From NCBI GenBank assembly GCA_910586625.1, contig CAJUIZ010000006.1, forward strand, positions 40,907-104,906: a stretch of 64,000 bases of DNA. The letters are read 5' to 3'. The notes beneath the pieces are model-generated. The model made no database searches, was not told the origin of the DNA, and worked only from the letters and a program-made list of their open reading frames with translations. Every line of letters begins with the position of its first letter. Position 1 is the first letter of the stretch. The translations under genes were made by a program, and so were the position numbers. Source of the stretch: an uncultured Christensenellaceae bacterium. GTDB lineage: Bacteria; Bacillota; Clostridia; Christensenellales; CAG-314. Positions 56,761 to 64,000 of the stretch are shown in pieces.

Positions 56761-57387
56761 ATGAATATAGCGGTATTGGGAGCGCGCGGAAGAGTGGGAA
56801 GCAAAACCGCGGAAATAGCCGCAAAGCGCGGACACAACGTATGGGAAATAGACGCGGATTATCAGAAAAACCCGTTGGAAAGGTTAGACGGCGTGATAGA
56901 CTTTTCCGTGGCGGAAGCCACCGAGCTGGCGCGCGACCTGTGTATGAAATACCGTTGTCCGCTTGTAAGCGGAGTAACCGGACGCAACGAGAAGCAAACG
57001 GAAATGTTGGAAGCTCTGAAAAAACAAGTAACCGTTGCGGAAAAAGCGAATTTTTCCTGCGGAATGACTGTTTTTGAAAAAGTATGCGAACAAATTGCCG
57101 CAGAGCTTAGAAATTGGGACTGCGAAATTGTGGAAACGCACCGAAAAGGAAAGCAGGACTGCCCGAGCGGAACGGCGAAAATGCTTGCGGGAAAAATCGC
57201 CGCGGCAAAGGGAAGTTTCAGCAGCGTTACGGTACATTCCAGACGGCTCGGAAGCTGCTTCGGAACGCACGAGGTTACCTTCGCTACGCAGGGCGAGAGC
57301 ATTACGCTGACTCACTCGGCGGAAAACGTGGAAATATTTGCATTGGGCGCGGTTAAAACGTTGGAAGAAATTGTAAAAGGAAAATAG
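56761..57387 (+). CDS. dapB: 4-hydroxy-tetrahydrodipicolinate reductase (short form)
   Basis: MNIAVLGARGRVGS (NAD(P)-binding motif) and ETHRKGKQDCPSGTA (the E.HH..K.DAPSGTA motif). Confidence 0.82.
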   Translation: MNIAVLGARGRVGSKTAEIAAKRGHNVWEIDADYQKNPLERLDGVIDFSVAEATELARDLCMKYRCPLVSGVTGRNEKQTEMLEALKKQVTVAEKANFSCGMTVFEKVCEQIAAELRNWDCEIVETHRKGKQDCPSGTAKMLAGKIAAAKGSFSSVTVHSRRLGSCFGTHEVTFATQGESITLTHSAENVEIFALGAVKTLEEIVKGK

Positions 57388-57484
57388 TATGCGCGAACGA
57401 CGGAACAGACGCGACTTGAGATAAGTACGTATTGCGGCTTACGCAAACCGAATAAGGTTAGAACTACGATTGATTTTCGACAAT

Positions 57485-57513
57485 AACAAGGGGACGCAGA
57501 GCGTCCCCTTGTT
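57485..57513. terminator. Terminator-like hairpin between the convergent dapB and U32 peptidase genes
   Basis: AACAAGGGGACGC-AGA-GCGTCCCCTTGTT has a 13-bp stem and a weak U-tract. Confidence 0.55.
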
Positions 57514-57518
57514 GCCGA

Positions 57519-58802
57519 TTATTTATTATTTTCTATCTCGCCGGAAGCCGCTGCGGGATTACGCGAGCGCAATATATCGCCTGCCGACAGGCTGTACGGA
57601 CAGTTGATTGTGAGCAGCTGCTGCACGCGGTTGGCTACTTCCACCGTTCGGCCCTGTTCGTCGCGGCAGTCCGTAACGGTAAAGGTCTTGTTGGTACCGT
57701 CCGTTACCGAAAGCGTTTCCAATACGTCGCCGATTGCAAACTTGTTGCGCTGCTCGATTGTTACGGCGCCGTCGGAGTTGACAGACTTGACAACCGCAAT
57801 GAACTTGTACGTTTCGAGAGCCTTGGACGACGGATAGTACTGGCGGCTTGACTGTTCGTCCAAATAAAACCCGGTAGTATACTCGCGGTGAGAAGCCTTG
57901 GAAAGCTCGGCTTCAAGCTCTGCTATAAGTTCGGAATGGAATTCGCCGCGCGCTATAGCGTCCAACGCCCTGCGATAGGCGTTTGTTACGGTAGCGACGT
58001 AGAAGGACGACTTCATACGCCCTTCCAGCTTGAAGCTGACAACGCCCGCGTCGATAAGATCGGGCAGATGCGCCAACATATTGATATCCTTGGAATTGAA
58101 CAGATATGTGCCGCGCTCGTCTTCGTCAACGGGCATAAAACCGTCGCGGCCTACTTCCCTTACTTCCCACTGCCAACGGCACGCCTGAACGCATTCGCCG
58201 CGGTTGGCGTTGCGGTGCGCAAGATAGTTGGACATTAGACAGCGCCCCGAATAGCTGACGCACATTGCGCCGTGGACAAACGCTTCAAGTTGAAGGTCGG
58301 GACAGTAATCGGATATTTCCGCAATTTCCCGCAGGGGAACTTCGCGCGCTAAAACAACGCGCTCCGCGCCTGCCCTACGCCAATAATCCGCCGCAAACTT
58401 GTTGGTGGTATTAGCCTGAGTGGAGATATGTATACGCAGGGATGAATGCGACCTGACGAAATCGAACACGCCGAGATCGGACACCAACACAGCATCCACC
58501 TGCGCGCGCTCCAAAACGGCAAGATAATCGTGCAGACCGTCGAAATCGGCGTTGCTTGCAAAAATATTGAGAGTGACGTATACCTTGACATTACGTTCGT
58601 GAGCGTAGGCTACCGCCCGCTCTATTTCGCCGTCGTCGAAATTGTCGGCATAGGCGCGCAAACCGTAGCGTTTGCCTGCGAGATATACCGCATTCGCGCC
58701 GAAATGAATTGCCGTTTGCAGCTTCTCCATATTGCCCGCGGGAGCTAAAAGTTCAACATTATTCGCTTTTTTTCGGGTGTTTTCGCTTATTATGTTTGTC
58801 AT
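57519..58802 (-). CDS. Peptidase U32 family protein (TrhP/YrrO-like)
   Basis: ELLAPAGNMEKLQTAIHFGANAVYLAG...RAYA, with conserved Cys residues. Length is 427 aa. Confidence 0.85.
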   Translation of the reverse strand: MTNIISENTRKKANNVELLAPAGNMEKLQTAIHFGANAVYLAGKRYGLRAYADNFDDGEIERAVAYAHERNVKVYVTLNIFASNADFDGLHDYLAVLERAQVDAVLVSDLGVFDFVRSHSSLRIHISTQANTTNKFAADYWRRAGAERVVLAREVPLREIAEISDYCPDLQLEAFVHGAMCVSYSGRCLMSNYLAHRNANRGECVQACRWQWEVREVGRDGFMPVDEDERGTYLFNSKDINMLAHLPDLIDAGVVSFKLEGRMKSSFYVATVTNAYRRALDAIARGEFHSELIAELEAELSKASHREYTTGFYLDEQSSRQYYPSSKALETYKFIAVVKSVNSDGAVTIEQRNKFAIGDVLETLSVTDGTNKTFTVTDCRDEQGRTVEVANRVQQLLTINCPYSLSAGDILRSRNPAAASGEIENNK

Positions 58803-58961
58803 AGTACTTTATATCTTGTAAAATTCGGCTATTATTTGGATGCAAAATATAGTTTTACTGCGTTGGACTTCTTCTGCGCGCCACAAAACGCACTTGTCTG
58901 TCCGAAGCGGTTGAGTATTGAATTGCTTCTGCTTGCGCGTATCCATACGCTGACAGCGCGG

Positions 58962-59546
58962 CTATTTTTTAGTAGATACCGTTACTCCGTCGCCGATACG
59001 ATGCAATACGGTGTCGTATACTTCGCTTGCCAAAAGACCGTCGAGAAACGCGCGCATATTGCGCGCCACCGTTATATGCTTGTGTCTTTTGTCGTCGGGG
59101 ACGCGCTCCACCAATCCCTTGTAAAGCACGTTGTCGCACACAAGCGTTCCGCCTGCTTCCAACAAATCGGTCAGGTACGGCAGGAAGTACGGATACTGCC
59201 CCTTGGGACCGTCGAGAAAAATAAAGTCGTAGCTGCCGTCCGCCACACGAACTATCTCACGCGCGTCGCCGACAAAAATATTGACGCGGTCGGACACTCC
59301 GAACGCTTGAAAGTTGGCGCGCGCCAAATCAGCCGACTGTTCGGACAGCTCCACAGTATTGAGCGTTGCCTGCGGAGCCGCTGTCAGCATAATTATGCCG
59401 CTGTACCCTATTGCAGTGCCGATTTCCAAAATGCGCCTTGGACGACGCTTGGACACTACGTCGAACAGCAGCTGCTTGGTATCGTCTAACATAACGGGTA
59501 TGTGGCGTTCGCGCGCGAATTGCAGGATATCTTCGAGAGTTTTCAT
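58962..59546 (-). CDS. Class I SAM-dependent O-methyltransferase (YrrM/TrmR-like)
   Basis: ILEIGTAIGYSG (SAM motif I), FDFIFLDGPKGQY and GGTLVCDNVLYKG. Confidence 0.85.
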   Translation of the reverse strand: MKTLEDILQFARERHIPVMLDDTKQLLFDVVSKRRPRRILEIGTAIGYSGIIMLTAAPQATLNTVELSEQSADLARANFQAFGVSDRVNIFVGDAREIVRVADGSYDFIFLDGPKGQYPYFLPYLTDLLEAGGTLVCDNVLYKGLVERVPDDKRHKHITVARNMRAFLDGLLASEVYDTVLHRIGDGVTVSTKK

Positions 59547-59627
59547 AACGTACGTGAATGGGTTGTAAGACGGGGCTGATTAGCCGAGCATATACGGCTT
59601 ACATTCGAGCAAAAGCCGTATGATAGC

Positions 59628-61508
59628 TTAGACTTCGATTATAACAGGCAAAACAACGGGGTTGCGTTTGAGCTTGACGCGGAAATAATGCTTCGCCGAA
59701 CGCTGTATCGCCGTCTTTAACGCGGCTATCGTGTGAGACGTTTGCAGCGTCTTGACAAGTTCTTCCTTGATAAGCCGCTTTACTTCGTCTACGGGGTTTG
59801 CCGTGTCCGTATCGCCCTGAAAGAAGCAGCCGCGGCTTACCACTTCGACATCGGAAACGAGATTGCCGCTATGCTTGTCCACGCCCGCAACACACACCAA
59901 AATACCGTCTTCGGCAAGGTTCAAACGGTCGCGCAGAACGACGTTGCCTACGTCGCCTACTCCCAAGCCGTCCACCATTATACTGCCGCTTACAACCTGT
60001 CCTACGACCTTGAACGTGTTATTGTCTATTTCGACGCAGTTGCCGATTTCCGGAAGTATGATATTGGCGCGCTTGTGATGGAGCTTTTCCACCAACATTG
60101 CGTGCTGCTTTAAGTGACGGTATTCGCCGTGCACGGGTATGAAATACTTGGGCTTGACAAGGGTGTAGACCAGCTTCAATTCTTCCTGACAAGCGTGCCC
60201 CGATACGTGCACGGCGGACAGCGCGGAATACACTACCATTGCTCCCAAGCGATACAGTTTGTTGATTACGTTGTAGATATCGCGCTCGTTGCCGGGTATC
60301 GGAGTGGCGGAGATGACGATTGTGTCGTTAGAGCCGATTTGCACCTTGTTAAACTCGCCGCTTGCCATACGTGTGAGCGCAGACATCGGCTCGCCCTGAC
60401 TGCCAGTGGACAGTATTACAAGCTTGCCGTCGTCTACGTTGTTTATCTTGTCTATATCCACGAACATTTTGTTGTCGACGTTGAGCAGTCCCACGCGCTG
60501 AGCCGTTTCGATATACTTGATCATACTTCTGCCCGATACCGCTATGCGGCGCTTGTACTGACAGGCAAGCTCGATTATCATCCCGAGACGGTCCACGTTG
60601 GACGCGAACGTAGCTACTATTATTCTGCGGCCCTTAGCTTCCTGAAAGACCTTGTTCATCGTTTCTTCCACCACCGACTCGCTCATAGTATAGCCCGGCT
60701 TTTCGACGTTGGTAGATTCGCTCATCAACAGCAATACGCCTTGCTTGCCTATTTCCGCTATGCGGTTAAGGTTCATTATTTCGTTGCCCAAGGGGGTGTA
60801 GTCTATCTTGAAATCGCCGGTGTGCAAAACGGTGCCCACGGGGGTGCGCAGGCATATAGCCACCGACCCTGCGACCGAGTGGGACACGTGAATAAACTCC
60901 GCAGAAAAGTCTCCCAAGGTTACTATACTTTTGCTGGATACGGCGATTAGGTTGGTTTTATCCAAAATATTGTGTTCTATAAGCTTGTTTTCTACAAGCG
61001 CGAGCGTTAGCTTCGTGCCGTAAATATCCAATTTGCCGCCTAACTTTTCCACCAAGTACGGTATTGCGCCGATGTGGTCTTCGTGTCCGTGGGTTAACAA
61101 AACGGCTTTGATTTTGGAACGGTTTTCCGCCAAATAGGACATATCGGGAATAACCATATCCACGCCCGGCATATCGCTGCCGGGGAACGTCGTTCCTGCG
61201 TCGATGATTACGATACTGTCGTTATACTGGAACGCAGTCATATTTTTGCCGATTTCGCCTACTCCGCCCAAAAATATAACCTTTAACTTACCCTTGGGAC
61301 GGGTTTGACCCATAAGCTCCGCTCCCGAGACGGCGTTGGACTTGTTGAAGCTCTTGCCCTGCTTGGGCGCGGACGGACGACGGTTTTTATCCTTGCCCTT
61401 GCCGCCGATAGGCTTTTGCACGGGCGCGTTGTTCGACTGCGGGGCAAACGTCAATTGCTGCGACGCGCCGTTATTCAGCGTATCGCCTTGTTTCTTATTT
61501 TTCTTCAT
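59628..61508 (-). CDS. rnj: Ribonuclease J with a ~70-aa basic low-complexity N-terminal extension
   Basis: Metallo-beta-lactamase motif LLTHGHEDHIGAIPYL, beta-CASP and C-terminal domains. I moved the start to MKKNKKQGD (61508), which has an AAGGAG RBS. Confidence 0.92.
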   Translation of the reverse strand: MKKNKKQGDTLNNGASQQLTFAPQSNNAPVQKPIGGKGKDKNRRPSAPKQGKSFNKSNAVSGAELMGQTRPKGKLKVIFLGGVGEIGKNMTAFQYNDSIVIIDAGTTFPGSDMPGVDMVIPDMSYLAENRSKIKAVLLTHGHEDHIGAIPYLVEKLGGKLDIYGTKLTLALVENKLIEHNILDKTNLIAVSSKSIVTLGDFSAEFIHVSHSVAGSVAICLRTPVGTVLHTGDFKIDYTPLGNEIMNLNRIAEIGKQGVLLLMSESTNVEKPGYTMSESVVEETMNKVFQEAKGRRIIVATFASNVDRLGMIIELACQYKRRIAVSGRSMIKYIETAQRVGLLNVDNKMFVDIDKINNVDDGKLVILSTGSQGEPMSALTRMASGEFNKVQIGSNDTIVISATPIPGNERDIYNVINKLYRLGAMVVYSALSAVHVSGHACQEELKLVYTLVKPKYFIPVHGEYRHLKQHAMLVEKLHHKRANIILPEIGNCVEIDNNTFKVVGQVVSGSIMVDGLGVGDVGNVVLRDRLNLAEDGILVCVAGVDKHSGNLVSDVEVVSRGCFFQGDTDTANPVDEVKRLIKEELVKTLQTSHTIAALKTAIQRSAKHYFRVKLKRNPVVLPVIIEV

Positions 61509-61766
61509 AACAGTAATCTCCTTGTTTATTAACGCAAAAACCGTTAAAACAACAGCACTTGTAAAACCGAAAGGGATCGTCCGTTTCGGCTGCGGTTGAA
61601 TTAAAAAAGTTTTTCCGTTTTGCTTTGACAAGCCGCAGCGTTTCGTTAACGCATAAGCTTGTCTCGATATATTTCACTGCCAAGCCTGCCTTGGCAAAAA
61701 AATCCGCGTTAAAGTTTTATTATTATTGCCCAAAAGTCTGCAAAAAACACAAAACTCGACTTTTAC

Positions 61767-61795
61767 ATTATACACCAAGACGGCAAATATGACAA
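61767..61795 (-). promoter_or_regulatory. Candidate promoter of rnj (implies a ~250-nt leader)
   Basis: On the minus strand: TTGTCA (61795-61790), a 17-nt spacer, then TATAAT (61772-61767). Confidence 0.5.
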
Positions 61796-62028
61796 CTAAA
61801 TCGCCTGCATATACCGTTAAAAACAGATTGCGCCGACAAACAGCCTGCGGCAATTTTTACAAAGGCTGTGACGAGCCGAACAGTTCGATTTGCATACATA
61901 CGGTCGTTACCGTTAAGGCTTGTCGGTTTTTGCGTTATATAAGAAATGTCCGAACGCATTAAAATACTATCTATATACGCAAACAATAAGCCTTGACGCG
62001 GTAACGGTCAAGGCTTAAAAATAAATCT

Positions 62029-63006
62029 TTATTTGGTTTTACGCTGTTTTCTTGCAAGGCGTTTGTTGTATCTGTCCGTGCCTTCGATAACCACGCGTTT
62101 GTAGAAATACGGACGGTTGTGCGCGTTGAAGTATTCCACTATGTTGACGCATTTGAGATAGAAAAACAACAGCAGATTGGGGATTGTTATTACCACAGTA
62201 CACCACACAGGATTGGAAATGTGCACAAGCGCGGCAGCCGAAATAGCCGCCATCAAGCCGATTACAATAAGCGTCTTCCAAAATACGCTCCAAAAGCGGA
62301 AAACGATTCGGCTTGCGCCGTACTTGAAAGCCTGTCTTGCGGACATATCTTCGCACACCACCGCAGGCAGACAGAACGCAAACACCGTTTGCCGCGCAGC
62401 ATATAACACGAGCGCGATAATGAGCACGGGTATTATCGTCCACCAACCGAAGGCTATCAAAAACGTGAGATACAGACCCAAACAGCCAGTTATTATCAAT
62501 AAATCCAACGGTACGGTACACAACAGCTGCAATGCGGAAAACGCCCAAGTCTTACCCTGCTTTTTAAGCAAGAACCATATGAAAGGACGGCTTGCGTTGG
62601 ACGTCATAAATTCTTCCAACTGACATTCGACCGTAACGTCGGTATAGGACACGAACAGCCGATACACAAGCAGCGTCAATACTACGACTATATAGGACAA
62701 CGTTGCTCCGCCCCACGCAAAGGGATAATGAATAGACTTGATATTCTCCTGCACGTTGGATATTACGGCGTTCAACTGAGCGGTAAAATCGGCGCTGTTA
62801 AACGTGCCGTTTATAATCGACGCTATGGTAGAATTGGCAAATTCGCGCAGATTGCTCTCGCCCAATACGCGCATTACGTCGCGCGCAAGGTCGCCGAACA
62901 CCGTAACGCCGAATGCCATAACGATAGCCAAAACCAACACTTGGCAGAATAACGATTTTAACAGCACTTTCCAATTGAAGGAAGCAAGACTGAGCGGTTT
63001 AATCAT
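62029..63006 (-). CDS. Hypothetical multi-pass membrane protein
   Basis: 325 aa with ~6 hydrophobic segments and a basic C-terminal tail. I recognise no motif. Confidence 0.6.
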   Translation of the reverse strand: MIKPLSLASFNWKVLLKSLFCQVLVLAIVMAFGVTVFGDLARDVMRVLGESNLREFANSTIASIINGTFNSADFTAQLNAVISNVQENIKSIHYPFAWGGATLSYIVVVLTLLVYRLFVSYTDVTVECQLEEFMTSNASRPFIWFLLKKQGKTWAFSALQLLCTVPLDLLIITGCLGLYLTFLIAFGWWTIIPVLIIALVLYAARQTVFAFCLPAVVCEDMSARQAFKYGASRIVFRFWSVFWKTLIVIGLMAAISAAALVHISNPVWCTVVITIPNLLLFFYLKCVNIVEYFNAHNRPYFYKRVVIEGTDRYNKRLARKQRKTK

Positions 63007-63020
63007 ATCCTATCCCCCTA

Positions 63021-63857
63021 TCAACGGAAAATAACTTCGCGAACGTCGCGGCGTTCGCCGCCGACTTCGTCGTAGTACAGCTTGTATGCAAGACAGGGAG
63101 TATACGCTATTGTAAAGACGTACGCCAAGCAATACAACGGCACGTCCAAGCGGTACGGAGCAAGCAATGCTCCAAGCAATACGATTGCCATACGCGCGAA
63201 TACGAACGCAAAGCTTATACCCCAAGTAATCCTTTTGTGCTTAGACATTATACGCGCGGAATAGGAAAAGGCGACATTGAGCGGGCAATGCTCGCTGTAT
63301 TTCAACGGAAACGCAGGCAATAACAGCATAAACATCCAAGTTTCTATTAAACGAACTATTACCGACACGGCTAAGCTTACGCAAGCCACTACCGTCACGT
63401 TATCGGCGAAACGCAGCAGCATCATAACTCCTACGCTTAGAAGCGCAAGCACTTCCACCGTCGCCACGCAGCACAGGGTCAACAGCAGCGTAACGGGAAA
63501 CAGCTTAAACGCCGACTTCAACGGCAGCGCGGAAATTTCGCCTACGCGCATATGACGGTCTATCTTGACTACGAGTACGCTTACCGTCAAAGCGAACAAT
63601 ACGACGTTGATAATCGCAGTCCACCAATACTTTCCGTAACGAAGCACGGTTACGGCGGAAATATAACGCGTGAGAAGATTGCCGCCGTTCAGTTCTCCGT
63701 CGATAAGAGCGCGGACGAAGTTTATTTCGGCGTCGGGAGTCATAAAAAATGCGAAAGAAAGCGATACCGGCAATGCTACCAAAATCAACTGCCAGAAATT
63801 GCGGAACATATACGCTATTGAAGATTTGCTTTGATAACGCATAAGTAAATTATACAC
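63021..63857 (-). CDS. Hypothetical multi-pass membrane protein
   Basis: 278 aa with ~6 hydrophobic segments. It lies 14 nt upstream of the previous membrane gene and is probably co-transcribed with it. Confidence 0.6.
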   Translation of the reverse strand: MYNLLMRYQSKSSIAYMFRNFWQLILVALPVSLSFAFFMTPDAEINFVRALIDGELNGGNLLTRYISAVTVLRYGKYWWTAIINVVLFALTVSVLVVKIDRHMRVGEISALPLKSAFKLFPVTLLLTLCCVATVEVLALLSVGVMMLLRFADNVTVVACVSLAVSVIVRLIETWMFMLLLPAFPLKYSEHCPLNVAFSYSARIMSKHKRITWGISFAFVFARMAIVLLGALLAPYRLDVPLYCLAYVFTIAYTPCLAYKLYYDEVGGERRDVREVIFR

Positions 63858-63938
63858 TATAACGGCAAATTTTACAAGTATTTGATTACTTTTTGCAATA
63901 CCGCTGTCTGCTTTGCGGACGGCTGTATTTCGAACGTA

Positions 63939-63968
63939 ATAAAAAAAGCCCGTTGCTGCAACGGGCTT
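63939..63968 (-). terminator. Rho-independent terminator (hairpin family 3, copy 2) for a gene beyond the window end
   Basis: On the minus strand, AAGCCCGTTG-CAG-CAACGGGCTT is followed by TTTTTTTATT. Confidence 0.7.
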
Positions 63969-64000
63969 ATATTAAATATAGCGGCTATTGACTGTATATC

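Overview
This looks like a mostly core chromosomal segment of a Firmicutes/Clostridia-type bacterium, about 50% GC by eye. Supporting signs are a CIRCE operator in front of groES-groEL, a T-box leader in front of valS, RNase J, CdaA, and a strong bias toward minus-strand genes. I support about 58 protein-coding genes. Housekeeping genes include pcrA (partial), tyrS, rarA, ppa, hemW, lepA, groES/groEL, pncB, lgt, valS, hslO and rnj. Lysine/DAP genes are scattered across the window: lysC-like, ddh, asd, dapA, dapB. There are also two ABC transporters and many uncharacterised membrane proteins. I found no rRNA, tRNA, CRISPR array, transposase, integrase or recognisable defence enzyme. The parts most worth a second look are these. 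(1) A small AT-richer islet at 43.0-45.2 kb carries a RelB/RelE pair, four tandem paralogous XRE-type HTH genes, and a divergent small Cys protein across an intergenic region with three phased operator-like repeats. (2) A 1032-aa membrane-anchored repeat protein carries seven C-x3-4-H-x-H-x3-C-Y modules that I cannot assign to a family. (3) At least three dispersed non-coding repeat/hairpin families occupy most of the long intergenic gaps. One of them sits inside an unusually long valS T-box leader. (4) An apparently orphan MazF toxin lies downstream of a 122-bp tandem duplication in a 750-bp AT-rich gap. Function calls come from motif recognition in the supplied translations, and no database search was possible. 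Several start codons were re-assigned by hand and are approximate.
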